Positions 17,761-28,711 of a stretch of DNA of 64,000 nt are shown here, one piece after another. Positions within the stretch are counted from its first letter, which is position 1; every line of letters begins with the position of its first letter. The stretch spans positions 1 through 64,000 of the IMG/VR virus record IMGVR_UViG_3300008113_000033; one strand, 5' to 3'. The position numbers were made by a program, and so were the translations under genes. The notes beneath the pieces were generated by a model. That model made no database searches. It was not told the origin of the DNA and saw only the letters and a program-made list of their open reading frames with translations. The DNA is from a virus.

Positions 17761-18837
17761 ATGGCAGTATATAAAATATTTCCTAATAAGGACGCTTCAA
17801 TATATTCATATTACCCTACAAAAAATGCAGGATTAGATGAAATATTAGATATAAGTCTATATAAAACAATAGAAGAAACTGGAGAAGTTTCTAGAGCATT
17901 ACTATCATTTTCTAATACTGAAATATCTGATTTATTAATTAATAAAATAGGTTTAAGTAATTATAAAGCATATTTAAAATTGTATTTAGCTAATGCTTCT
18001 GAAATCCCTTTAGATTATACTATATATTGTCATCCAATATCTGGTTCTTGGAATATGGGTATTGGCCGTGCAGCTAATATTCCTTCTACTACAGAAGGAG
18101 TAAGTTGGAAATATAGAAATATATTAAGTGGAAGTATATTTACATCATCCATATCTAATGCTACTAATGCTTATAATGGAAATAATATAGGGGGAGGAAG
18201 TTGGTATACTGGGAGTAATTTAATTTCAACTCAATCATTTAGTTATATTACTAATAAAGATATAGAATTAGATGTTACTAATGCTATTAGTTCTAGTTAT
18301 TATCAAGATGGATTTATAATTAAACATTCTTCTTCTTTAGAATTTTCTACTGGTTCATCATTTGAGACTAAATATTTCTCTTCAGATACCCATACTATTT
18401 ATCCTCCGTGTTTAGAATTTAGATGGAATGACTTTACATATTCTACAGGTTCATTAACAACGATTCAATCCGATAATATTAATATTTCAATAACTAACAA
18501 TAAAGGAGAATTTAAAGAAGATTCAGTAAATCGTTTTAGAGTAAATGTAAGAGATCGTTACCCAACTAGGACGTTTCAAACATCTTCATTATATTTAAAT
18601 AATAAGATTTTACCAACATCTTCATATTATGCTGTAAAAGATATTAAAACTGAAGAAATTGTAATAGATTTTGATGCTACATTTACTAAACTATCTGCTG
18701 ATTCATCTGGTAATTATTTTGATTTATATATGAATGGATTACAGCCTGAACGATATTATTCTATTATAATTAAATCTATAATTGGCAAAAATATATCAAT
18801 GTTTGAGGATAATAATTATTTTAAAATTATACAATAA
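17761..18837 (+). CDS. Putative structural protein (DNRLRE-like jelly-roll N-terminus)
   Basis: KDASIY...NAGLDEIL...SRALLSF...AYLKLY...SWNMG pattern; baseplate operon. Confidence 0.6.
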   Translation: MAVYKIFPNKDASIYSYYPTKNAGLDEILDISLYKTIEETGEVSRALLSFSNTEISDLLINKIGLSNYKAYLKLYLANASEIPLDYTIYCHPISGSWNMGIGRAANIPSTTEGVSWKYRNILSGSIFTSSISNATNAYNGNNIGGGSWYTGSNLISTQSFSYITNKDIELDVTNAISSSYYQDGFIIKHSSSLEFSTGSSFETKYFSSDTHTIYPPCLEFRWNDFTYSTGSLTTIQSDNINISITNNKGEFKEDSVNRFRVNVRDRYPTRTFQTSSLYLNNKILPTSSYYAVKDIKTEEIVIDFDATFTKLSADSSGNYFDLYMNGLQPERYYSIIIKSIIGKNISMFEDNNYFKIIQ

Positions 18838-19169
18838 TGCCTGAAGTTGTAAAATTAAATCAAAATATTTTTATTAAAGGAGATTTTGAAAAAGTAGTTG
18901 ATACTGGATTTAGACAATTAATAAAAACAACCCCAGATACTACTTTTACCTTAGATGATTTTTTTGAATTATATGAAAATTTATTTGAAAATATTCCTAA
19001 AGAAGGAGATTTAAAATCTCATAGATATATACTAAATAAAACAGCAGAATATTTAGGAATAAACATAAATGAAAATATTGATATTCAAGCTTTATTGGAT
19101 GAAATAACATCTTTAAGACAAGAATTATTAGATGCTAATAAGACATTATTAGATTTAAATAAAAAATAA
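18837..19169 (+). CDS. Hypothetical baseplate-region protein
   Basis: TAATG-coupled ORF. Confidence 0.75.
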   Translation: MPEVVKLNQNIFIKGDFEKVVDTGFRQLIKTTPDTTFTLDDFFELYENLFENIPKEGDLKSHRYILNKTAEYLGININENIDIQALLDEITSLRQELLDANKTLLDLNKK

Positions 19170-22100
19170 TGGCAGATAATATTACAATTGTAGGTAACGT
19201 AAATAGTATTCAACGTATATCTCGATTTAAAACAACAGATACAAATTTATTATCTATTAATGAACTCCCACAAAATTTTGGGCGTAAAGGAGATTTTATT
19301 GAATTTTTTGTTTATGATGATAATAATAATTTAATTGCATTAGATTACGATTATACTGATTATAAATTACCAACTAATCAATTTCTATATAATGATAATA
19401 CTCTTCCTGAAATACAAATAGATCCAACTTTAGATATTGAAAACTCAGGATTTAATAATGGAAATTTTAAATCACAATATAGTTTTTTTAGAAGAAAATT
19501 TTCAGAATCTAATATTGATTTATTTATAAGTGAAATTTCTGAAGATAGAACAGAAATAAGAGTAAACTCTGTTAATCTATCTTCCTCAGATTTAGTCAAA
19601 GAAGCTCAAAATTTAATTAATGAATTTACTTCAGTTTCATATCAAAAATATTATATAGCAAATTTTTTTGATGATATTCAACAAACAATAATTAATGTTG
19701 CTATTGATAATACTACTGATACTCCTTCGGTATTATTTAAATTATATGAGCCTTTATCATCAGAAATATTAGAAAAATCTACATTATGGGTTACAGAAGA
19801 AATCACTGAGCCTTATGTATTTAGTATTAATTTAGATGTAATAGTAATACCTGATCCTCTTCCACAACTAAGAGGACCTAATTTTGATATTGAAATAGAT
19901 ATAAAACAAAATTTATCTACTGGTTATCAAACTTATTCATCTTTAGTATCATCTTTAACTGGATCTTCATATCATAAAGTTTTAAATTTTATGAATGATA
20001 ATTCATATGATTTAAATACCGATTATACTTCATTTAATAATTTTATTCATTTTAGTTCAGCTAAAAAACGTTTAGAAATATTTTATGATAAAGCTAAACA
20101 AATTGAAGATTATAATAATGATATTACAACACTTGTAAATTCAACTTCATTATTAAAAAATACTGAAACCGCATCTATTAAATTAAAAATAGATAATATA
20201 TTTAAACATTTTGATGGTTTTGAAAATTATTTATACTATGAATCTTCTTCATATGCTTGGCCTAAATCTGGAAGTAATAAACCATATGTTTTATTATCTA
20301 CTGGATCATCTATAACTAAACTTTGGTATAATAATTATACTTCTTCTGCTATTACGTATGATTATAATAATCTAGATCATCTATATAATACTATCCCAGA
20401 ATATATTAAAAATGATCCTGATAATTACCAACCATATTTTAATTTTATAGATATGATTGGTCATTATTTTGATAATATATGGATTTATATTACATCAATT
20501 AATGAATTATATAATGCAGATAATAATCTTGAAAAGGGTGTTTCTAAAGACTTAGTTTATGATGCTTTAAAATCCTTAGGTGTTAGTTTATATAATAGTA
20601 AAGGAGATAATCAATTTGATAATTATATAACTGGTTTAAACAGTGGTAGTATATTATTTACTAATGATTTTTCTTTAACTAGTAGTTTTTTAAATAATAT
20701 CCCTAAAAAAGATTTATTAGCTGAAACATATAAGCGAATATATCATAATTTAATTTTATTAAATAAAAGTAAAGGTACATCTGTTGGTTTACAAAATTTA
20801 ATTACTACTTTTGGTATTACAAGTAGTATATTTGAACCAAAAGAATTTGGTGGTTCAACTAAAATAAATGAACTTAAAGGATATGATAATGATAAAATAA
20901 CGATTCAAAATAATACTATTGACGGTAATGTTTTATCTCCATTTATATCTTTACAAAATCCTATATCATCGTCATCAGAATTTACTTCAACAGATTTACA
21001 TTTTGTTGATTTATCATTTAGTCCTCAAAACCAACTAAATTCTAGAATATCAGCTTCAGTTGCAATAACCTCTCCTACATTTTCATTAGATGATTATATT
21101 GGTGATCCTAGATTAATGGAATCTTCATCTTATGATTTATTAATTGAACAACAATATTATTTTACATCAGCCAGTGCTGCTATTTCTGGTAGTATAAAAC
21201 GTTTAGATTATAAAGGATTTATTGGGTTAGTAAAATATTTTGATAATAGTTTATTTAAAATGTTAAAAGATTTTGTACCTGCACGAACAAATACATTAAC
21301 AGGTGTAACAATAAAATCTCCCGTACTTGAACGTAATAAAATAAAATTATATAATCCAAAAGTCACAGAAGAAACAATACACGAAGCTAATTATATGGTT
21401 CCTGTACTTTCTGAAGATAAAGATTATTATTATGATATACTACCTGGAAATAAATCCCAATTTTATACCGGAGAACTATCAGGTTCATATGCTAATATAA
21501 ATGATACTTTTGAAAACTCTAACCCAAACCCATATTTACAACCTACAGAATCTATTAATTTAAATAATTTTAATCATAGTGATTTTAATGTTACTTTAAA
21601 TAATATATCATCTAGTGTAGTATCAAATTCTAAATTTAAAATTGAAAAACTATATACATTATCAAATAATAAAATATTTCAATCTACTTCATCTACAGAA
21701 TATATATCTAATGCTGAATTACAAGATAGTTATGATACATTATTAGGCCATCAACGTTCTCGTTATGATGGTTCTAAATTATCTAGTATAACATATAATA
21801 ATTATACATCAGCTTCTGCTAATTATAGTGGGGATACATCATATGGTAAAACAGCAGCTATTGATCATAATACAGGTAAAATTGGTATATTTACTCAAAT
21901 AAATGATACCAATAATTTGTTTGATGTACCTCTTAGATCTAATGTGTCTTTAAAATATTTAGTTGATGTAGATGGTAATTTAACAGAATTAAATAAAAAG
22001 AATAAACGTTGGAATGAAATACAGAATACATTTAAAGCGGGTCAAACAGCTACAGTAGCTTTATTTGATAACCAAAAATATTCCGATCAAAAGAAAACAG

Positions 22101-23635
22101 ATGGTGTAAAATTAATATATAGTAGTGGATATTCATATTTTCCTATGATATATGCTGCTAGTTCTGCTGATGATAAATTATTTTTTAATTATACTGGAGA
22201 TAGTATATCTAAAATATTTAAAATAAATACTGTTGGTGGATTTATAATTGGTTCCCCAACTTTAACATATCCATTAGTAGGAGGAAAAGGATATAAATTA
22301 TTTAATAAAACAAATGATCCAAACTCCCCGGGACCCGATTCACCAAATGCAAGTAATTCAGAAGGTAATGCTTATTATTCTACTAATGGAGCTAATACAT
22401 TTTCTACATACAGTATACAAGAAACAGGTAAGCAAAGATTCAATGCTAAATTTGATATTAATGTAACATTTAATGAAACTAATCAAAGTGGATCATTTAC
22501 ATTTAAAATCAATAAAGTAGGTACTGCTACCCCATTAAGAGAACTAAGTATAGCAGTAACTTCTTCATATCAATCTACCCAATATACAGATCTTTTATTT
22601 GCTGCTAAAACAAGTACTACTATGGTAACAACTGCTCCAACAAAAGTATATAATACAAATGGAACATTTGTTAAAATTTTACAACCAACTTTATTACATA
22701 AGATAATTCCATACCAATATGTTGATGGATGTTATGGTCAAGGATCATTTGCTAGAGGATTATGGGTTGAAACTCCTTATTTTGATTCAATACTTGACCC
22801 ATATTATGATATACCATCTGGTAATTTTTGTAGTAATATATATGCTTTACCATCATTTAATAGATTTTTATATGAACTCCCTGAAAATAATTTATCACAA
22901 ACTTTATCTTTCAATGTGTTAACCCCAGAACAAACATTTACATTAAATGATAAAATAACATTTGAATTTAGTGCTGGAGGTAGTGCCGGAGAATTTTCAA
23001 CACCTAATTATACTGCTTCTATAAGTAGTGGAGGTGTATTTTTTAATCAATTAAGTACCAACCAAGTAGGAAGTTATCCATATGTTGAAAATATTCCAAC
23101 CCCATTTATTTCAGGTTCAATAGGGATTAATACTATTGCATTTAGTAGTGAATTAAGTTCATTAAAAGATTATCAATTTGTTCCTAGTGGAAGTGGTATT
23201 CCATTTAGTGACCAAAATTCACTGTGGGGTAAATATGGGGATATAGATTATACTTTTTCTCCTAGTGTGGGAGATATTATGTTTATTTATTATGGGGGTA
23301 CTGGAAATTTTTTCGAATCTAATATTACTGCGGTAACATCGTCAAACGGAAATCTTTTAATAAGTTTATCCCCAGATTTACCTAGTGGTTTACGATTGAC
23401 ATCATATGTAAATACTCCATCTCCCACAGTAGATAAATTTTTAATATTAAAAAAAGTAAATGATGAAACTAATGTAGTACTTACATTTCATAAACCTGAT
23501 AATCCTACATCTTTAGGATTTTTAATTCCTGAAAATATTCATCCGGATGTTTTAAATAATATAGATGTAATAACTAAAGAAATTAAACAAAAATTAATTG
23601 ATCAAGGATCATTAACTAGTGGAGGTTCATTTTAA
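19169..23635 (+). CDS. Large baseplate/tail structural protein (gp7-like wedge region)
   Basis: 1488 aa; IPEYI..FIDMIGHYFDNIW, LNKSKGT..GLQNLITTFG, KDFVPART motifs. Confidence 0.6.
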   Translation: MADNITIVGNVNSIQRISRFKTTDTNLLSINELPQNFGRKGDFIEFFVYDDNNNLIALDYDYTDYKLPTNQFLYNDNTLPEIQIDPTLDIENSGFNNGNFKSQYSFFRRKFSESNIDLFISEISEDRTEIRVNSVNLSSSDLVKEAQNLINEFTSVSYQKYYIANFFDDIQQTIINVAIDNTTDTPSVLFKLYEPLSSEILEKSTLWVTEEITEPYVFSINLDVIVIPDPLPQLRGPNFDIEIDIKQNLSTGYQTYSSLVSSLTGSSYHKVLNFMNDNSYDLNTDYTSFNNFIHFSSAKKRLEIFYDKAKQIEDYNNDITTLVNSTSLLKNTETASIKLKIDNIFKHFDGFENYLYYESSSYAWPKSGSNKPYVLLSTGSSITKLWYNNYTSSAITYDYNNLDHLYNTIPEYIKNDPDNYQPYFNFIDMIGHYFDNIWIYITSINELYNADNNLEKGVSKDLVYDALKSLGVSLYNSKGDNQFDNYITGLNSGSILFTNDFSLTSSFLNNIPKKDLLAETYKRIYHNLILLNKSKGTSVGLQNLITTFGITSSIFEPKEFGGSTKINELKGYDNDKITIQNNTIDGNVLSPFISLQNPISSSSEFTSTDLHFVDLSFSPQNQLNSRISASVAITSPTFSLDDYIGDPRLMESSSYDLLIEQQYYFTSASAAISGSIKRLDYKGFIGLVKYFDNSLFKMLKDFVPARTNTLTGVTIKSPVLERNKIKLYNPKVTEETIHEANYMVPVLSEDKDYYYDILPGNKSQFYTGELSGSYANINDTFENSNPNPYLQPTESINLNNFNHSDFNVTLNNISSSVVSNSKFKIEKLYTLSNNKIFQSTSSTEYISNAELQDSYDTLLGHQRSRYDGSKLSSITYNNYTSASANYSGDTSYGKTAAIDHNTGKIGIFTQINDTNNLFDVPLRSNVSLKYLVDVDGNLTELNKKNKRWNEIQNTFKAGQTATVALFDNQKYSDQKKTDGVKLIYSSGYSYFPMIYAASSADDKLFFNYTGDSISKIFKINTVGGFIIGSPTLTYPLVGGKGYKLFNKTNDPNSPGPDSPNASNSEGNAYYSTNGANTFSTYSIQETGKQRFNAKFDINVTFNETNQSGSFTFKINKVGTATPLRELSIAVTSSYQSTQYTDLLFAAKTSTTMVTTAPTKVYNTNGTFVKILQPTLLHKIIPYQYVDGCYGQGSFARGLWVETPYFDSILDPYYDIPSGNFCSNIYALPSFNRFLYELPENNLSQTLSFNVLTPEQTFTLNDKITFEFSAGGSAGEFSTPNYTASISSGGVFFNQLSTNQVGSYPYVENIPTPFISGSIGINTIAFSSELSSLKDYQFVPSGSGIPFSDQNSLWGKYGDIDYTFSPSVGDIMFIYYGGTGNFFESNITAVTSSNGNLLISLSPDLPSGLRLTSYVNTPSPTVDKFLILKKVNDETNVVLTFHKPDNPTSLGFLIPENIHPDVLNNIDVITKEIKQKLIDQGSLTSGGSF

Positions 23636-23686
23636 TTAAAAAAATTATAAAATATATATATTTATACCAAAATAACAGATTAAATT

Positions 23687-24349
23687 ATGGCAATTCTAAA
23701 TAACACTACAGTAACCGTAGATGCTATACTAACAAAAAAAGGACGTGAATTACTAGCAAGAAATGATGGTTCTTTTCAAATTACTCAATTTTCACTAGCT
23801 GATGATGAAATAGATTATACTTTATATAATCCAACTCATCCATCTGGTTCTGCTTTTTATGGAGAAGCTATTGAAAATATGCCAATGCTAGAAGCATTTC
23901 CTGATGAAGCTCAAATTATGAGATATAAATTGGTTACTTTACCTCGAGGTACTTCAAAATTACCTGTTATTTCTTTAGGTTACAATGTAATTTCATTACG
24001 TCAAGGAGCTACATTAACCATTACTCCACAAACATTAAATTATTTAGGAGCTACCTCAACATTTGAAGCTAATGGTTATACAGCAACTATTTCCGATATT
24101 AGATTAATGTCGGCATTTAATGGATCTGGTATTACATCTGCAACTACAACAACAGACGCTAATACAACTACAGGTACTAAATTAAGTAAATCAGTTCTTG
24201 GAACATCATTTACTTTAACAGGTACTACAATTAATACTTTATTTGGTACTACAACATCTCAATTATCAACTACAATAACTGTAATTGGTAGAGATTCAGG
24301 TGCTAGAATAACAATTCCAGTAAACATAATTAAAGTAAACAACATATAA
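23687..24349 (+). CDS. Tail/baseplate structural protein (tail-collar-fibre-like N-terminus)
   Basis: VDAILTKKGRELLAR..FQITQFSLADDEIDY; late motif upstream. Confidence 0.6.
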   Translation: MAILNNTTVTVDAILTKKGRELLARNDGSFQITQFSLADDEIDYTLYNPTHPSGSAFYGEAIENMPMLEAFPDEAQIMRYKLVTLPRGTSKLPVISLGYNVISLRQGATLTITPQTLNYLGATSTFEANGYTATISDIRLMSAFNGSGITSATTTTDANTTTGTKLSKSVLGTSFTLTGTTINTLFGTTTSQLSTTITVIGRDSGARITIPVNIIKVNNI

Positions 24350-24350
24350 T

Positions 24351-25343
24351 ATGTCCTTTATAAGATATAATACTGATGACTCAGTAATTAGTTCAGAAAC
24401 AGTAGTAAGAGGGGCTTGGATTAACGACGCTGCTAATCTAACAACATTTTTTACTTCTAGTTTAATTAGTAGCTCTTATTACTTAAATGTATTTAATGCA
24501 GCAACTACTTCTTCTCTTCAATTTGCTATTCAATATGGGCATATTAGTGGAAGTGGTTCAACAGCTATTAATTCATCAGTAATAGATAGAACCCCATCAC
24601 GTGTAACTTATGGACAATATAGAAGTTTAATTTATAATGATGAAAATTCTTCATTTAATTTTGGAGGGGTATCTTCAGAACATTTCTTTGCAATTAATAT
24701 TGCTCGTTCACGTTTTAAAGAATCAATTAAACCAGGTTCATTAACATTAAGACTATCAGGATCTGTTAATATATCATTAACAGATGATAGTATAGTAAGT
24801 GGTTCTGTAACTAACTTTATTGGTTCAAATCGTTACTATACATTAATTTCCGGTAGTGCAGGAACTGCTGCTCCTATTTCATTAGCTGGAGCAAGTGGAA
24901 GTTATGGTTTATTATTCCCAGATTTAGGTACTATTATATTAAATGCAAGAGCTTTAGCTTTACCATCCGCAAACGGAGGAATTTCACTAAATTCAAATAC
25001 AGGAAGTGGAGTTGCTGGTAACCCAAACAATACAGCATTATTCAGAGCTATAAGTGGGTCAGGAGCTTCTTTATTTACTCTTCAATCCCAAGAAACCGTG
25101 TCTTCACGTTATTTCTTTACTCGCGTTAAAAATAGTGATTTTAATTATACAACAAACCCATCTATTATAAATGTTAGTGGAAGTTTATTATATGACACAT
25201 TAATTGATAATCCACAAACATACGTTACAACAGTAGGTATGTATAATGATAATAATGAATTACTAGCAGTAGCTAAATTGTCTCGCCCGTTAATTAAAGA
25301 CTTTACAAAAGAAGCTTTAATTAGAATTAAATTAGACTATTAA
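24351..25343 (+). CDS. Tail/baseplate structural protein (tail-collar-fibre-like C-terminus)
   Basis: YVTTVGMYNDNNELLAVAKLSRPLIK...IRIKLDY. Confidence 0.6.
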   Translation: MSFIRYNTDDSVISSETVVRGAWINDAANLTTFFTSSLISSSYYLNVFNAATTSSLQFAIQYGHISGSGSTAINSSVIDRTPSRVTYGQYRSLIYNDENSSFNFGGVSSEHFFAINIARSRFKESIKPGSLTLRLSGSVNISLTDDSIVSGSVTNFIGSNRYYTLISGSAGTAAPISLAGASGSYGLLFPDLGTIILNARALALPSANGGISLNSNTGSGVAGNPNNTALFRAISGSGASLFTLQSQETVSSRYFFTRVKNSDFNYTTNPSIINVSGSLLYDTLIDNPQTYVTTVGMYNDNNELLAVAKLSRPLIKDFTKEALIRIKLDY

Positions 25344-25354
25344 AAATATTATAA

Positions 25355-26680
25355 ATGGCTTCATTTAAAAGATTAAAACGATCGGATGTAATATCCGTTC
25401 CGTATGTAGCCAATAAAAATTGGGTTTTTGAATATTGTCCCTATCCTGAAAACGATCAAAATATAAGAATATATAAAGGAACTAATTTATCTGGTTCCTT
25501 TTCAACATATCTTGATCCTATTACTGAGGGGCAATATGAAAGATTAATCTATTCTCAAGTTAACCATTTATTTTATCAAGAATATTCATCTAGTGTTGAA
25601 TTACTTAACACTAGTTCATTATTATCTTCAGCATATTATAGTGGAATCTCCGAAGATAGAGCAACTGGTTCTTATTTTGATTATAATGATAACCCAAATT
25701 TAATCAAAAATTTCCCTACAGGGGCTAATGCTGGTATTCGTGTATTATCTATAAATCAAGATATATACGGTCAACGTGTATTACCTTATTATTTTGAATT
25801 ATCATCATCTGTTTATTATGTTAAAGATGATGGTATAGGTAATTTAATTGATCTAAAAAATTCTAATACTCATATAGGTAATATATTCTATGCCCAAGGT
25901 ATGGCTATTATAACACATCAAGATTATCAATTGATGTGGCCTTTACCTCCATTAGCAAAATATAAAAGAATTACATTTTTTGATACTGATTCTAATAAAA
26001 CAGTAGATTTAAGTGATAGTATTGATGGAAGAGGAAATACAGTTGATTTATCAACTTTATCTATTTCTGGCCCTTATGCTCATTTATGTTCAGTAAACTC
26101 AAGTGGTTTTCTTACTTTAAACACAACCATTCCAGGAGTTTATGTTATTAATTTTACTTTTAATGCTACTGTTCCTAACTCCCAATGTACTGATACTAAT
26201 TTAAAAAGTAATAACGGTATTTTAGAAATAATTGTAATAGGAAATTGTGGATTTAATGCTAGTGTAGTTGAATTACCAACAGCTACTCCTACAGCTACTC
26301 CAACTTCAACACCAACATCTACCCCATTAATTACCCCTACTCCAACTAATACACCTACTAATACCCCAACAGGTACTGTATTAGGAGCAACTCCAACTCA
26401 AACCCCAACTAATACTCCTACACAAACCCCAACTCAAACTCCAACTAATACACCCACAGCTACCCCTACAGCAACTCCAATATGTATAAATTTTAGAGTT
26501 GAAAATAGAGATACTACTAGTACAGATACTGTACGGTATAACAGTTGTGGAGGTGGATATAATACGATTGTTCTTAACCCTGGAGATATTATTAACATAT
26601 GTGCTGATATAACATCATTATATCCTTCAGATTTCGCAGGATATTTAACTATAACTTATTTAGGAAGTGTTTGTACATAA
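25355..26680 (+). CDS. Tail structural protein: N-terminal paralogue of 24351 ORF + Ig-like domain + Thr-Pro linker + 4-Cys module
   Basis: [30 protein letters not shown], then TP repeats and a C..C..C..C terminal domain. Confidence 0.7.
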   Translation: MASFKRLKRSDVISVPYVANKNWVFEYCPYPENDQNIRIYKGTNLSGSFSTYLDPITEGQYERLIYSQVNHLFYQEYSSSVELLNTSSLLSSAYYSGISEDRATGSYFDYNDNPNLIKNFPTGANAGIRVLSINQDIYGQRVLPYYFELSSSVYYVKDDGIGNLIDLKNSNTHIGNIFYAQGMAIITHQDYQLMWPLPPLAKYKRITFFDTDSNKTVDLSDSIDGRGNTVDLSTLSISGPYAHLCSVNSSGFLTLNTTIPGVYVINFTFNATVPNSQCTDTNLKSNNGILEIIVIGNCGFNASVVELPTATPTATPTSTPTSTPLITPTPTNTPTNTPTGTVLGATPTQTPTNTPTQTPTQTPTNTPTATPTATPICINFRVENRDTTSTDTVRYNSCGGGYNTIVLNPGDIINICADITSLYPSDFAGYLTITYLGSVCT

Positions 26681-26689
26681 TATATTTAG

Positions 26690-28696
26690 ATGAAACGTTT
26701 TAGAGTAACTATTACTGAAGATTATAATTCTGGCCCTTTTAACATTTATTATGCTAATAGTGCTGGGGTATATATTGCTACTTTAGAAACAGGAGGAGAT
26801 GCATCAAATATAGATAAATCATTATTCCCATTAAATATATTTACGGCTGATGATATAAATAGGATTGATGTTGTTAATTTAAAAGATGGATGTAATAATG
26901 TAGTTAGTAGAGATTTTTATATTCCTACTGCTACTCCTACTTCAACCCCAACTCAAACTCCTTCATCAACTCCTACATCAACCCCTACTTCTACACCAAC
27001 TCAAACTCCAACAGTTTCACCTACAGCTACTAAAACAGCTACTCCAACAGCTACTCCATCTAATACACCAACTCAAACACCAACAGGTACTATATTAGGA
27101 GCTACTCCTACTAACACTCCAACTCAAACCCCTACTAATACCCCTACAGGTACTCCTACAGCAACACCTACACAAACTCCAACAATAACTCCAACATCAA
27201 CTCCAACTGCTACTCAAACATCAACAGCAACACCTACTTCTACCCCTACTAATACCCCAACTAATACCCCTACAGCAACTGGAACACCTACGAATACTCC
27301 AACAGAGACACCTACAAATACACCAACAAATAGTTCAACAGCTACACCAACAGCTACCCCTACAGCTACTCCAACACGTACACCAACTCAAACCCCTACA
27401 GCTACTCCATTTACACCTACTCCAACAAACACCCCAACATCTACCCCTACTCAAACTCCATCTAATACTCCAACTCAAACACCTACCAATACTCCAACAC
27501 AAACTCCAACTGTTACTCCAACTGCTACTCAAACAGCTACTACTACTCCAACAGCTACACCAACTGCTACTGGGACATCTACTGCTACTCCAACACAAAC
27601 TCCAACTACTACCCCAACAGCTACTGGAACATCTACTGCAACACCTACTCAAACACCCACAGCTACACCTACTGCTACGGGAACTGCTACTGCAACCCCA
27701 ACTCAATCTCCTACAGCTACCCCAACAGTTACACCAACTGCTACTGGGACATTAACTGCAACTCCAACAGCAACTCCTACAGCTACAGGAACCCCAACTC
27801 CAACAGCTACTCCAACAGGTACAATACCTCCTACTCCAACAGCTACTCCCACAATCCCTCCATCACTTAATATTCCAAGTTTAACACTTGATTGTAATAT
27901 TGGAACAATGGCTGTAACAGCATCATATGGAACTCGTCCATATCAATTTAGTGCTGATGGTGGATCTACATATTTTGAAGCCCCAGCTTCAGGTAGTAGT
28001 TATTTATTTACTGGATTATCTGGTATTATAAATCCATGGGTTAGAGATGTAACAGGAAATATATATAGATATGAACAACTTGATTGTGGTCCTCTTAATG
28101 TAACATTTATACCATCTTACTTAACATCTAACGCATCTGGTCAAATTTTATCTCCTGATACTACTTACTACAGAGATGCTTTCCAAGTACAAAGTTCAAA
28201 AGGCGCTACAATAAGTGTTTCCGGAATACCCGATGCTGGGACTAGTACTAGTTTTATAGGATGGTCTTATTATCCATCTAATATACCTAATCCGGTCATT
28301 ACAGCAAATACAAATTATACTCATACTGTGAAAGGTAATGATTATATATACGCTATATTTAAAGATACAACAGTTACTGCAATTCCATTCTGTTTTGCTT
28401 TATCATTAAACAATACATTAACTGATAGTGAATTAGCTTGGTTCTGTGAAGCTTGTAGAACTCCAACAAATGTATTCTTTAGTACTCCAGCATTAGCAGC
28501 GGTAGGTAACGATCCGTCAAGATTAACAACATGGTATAAAGACTCAGGATTAACAACCCCAGTAGATAATGGATTCTATAAACAACAATCATCACCACTT
28601 GGATCTACTATATTTATATTAAATAATGGTGCTCCATCAGAATATGCTAAAGTTTGTGATTCATCAATAATAGAAAAAGCCCCAGCTTTTTGTTAA
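26690..28696 (+). CDS. Modular fibre/adhesin: ~310-aa Thr-Pro stalk + SprB-like repeat + InlB B-repeat-like domain + Cys module
   Basis: [33 protein letters not shown]; [32 protein letters not shown]. Confidence 0.7.
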   Translation: MKRFRVTITEDYNSGPFNIYYANSAGVYIATLETGGDASNIDKSLFPLNIFTADDINRIDVVNLKDGCNNVVSRDFYIPTATPTSTPTQTPSSTPTSTPTSTPTQTPTVSPTATKTATPTATPSNTPTQTPTGTILGATPTNTPTQTPTNTPTGTPTATPTQTPTITPTSTPTATQTSTATPTSTPTNTPTNTPTATGTPTNTPTETPTNTPTNSSTATPTATPTATPTRTPTQTPTATPFTPTPTNTPTSTPTQTPSNTPTQTPTNTPTQTPTVTPTATQTATTTPTATPTATGTSTATPTQTPTTTPTATGTSTATPTQTPTATPTATGTATATPTQSPTATPTVTPTATGTLTATPTATPTATGTPTPTATPTGTIPPTPTATPTIPPSLNIPSLTLDCNIGTMAVTASYGTRPYQFSADGGSTYFEAPASGSSYLFTGLSGIINPWVRDVTGNIYRYEQLDCGPLNVTFIPSYLTSNASGQILSPDTTYYRDAFQVQSSKGATISVSGIPDAGTSTSFIGWSYYPSNIPNPVITANTNYTHTVKGNDYIYAIFKDTTVTAIPFCFALSLNNTLTDSELAWFCEACRTPTNVFFSTPALAAVGNDPSRLTTWYKDSGLTTPVDNGFYKQQSSPLGSTIFILNNGAPSEYAKVCDSSIIEKAPAFC

Positions 28697-28711
28697 TAAA
28701 AAAATAAAAAA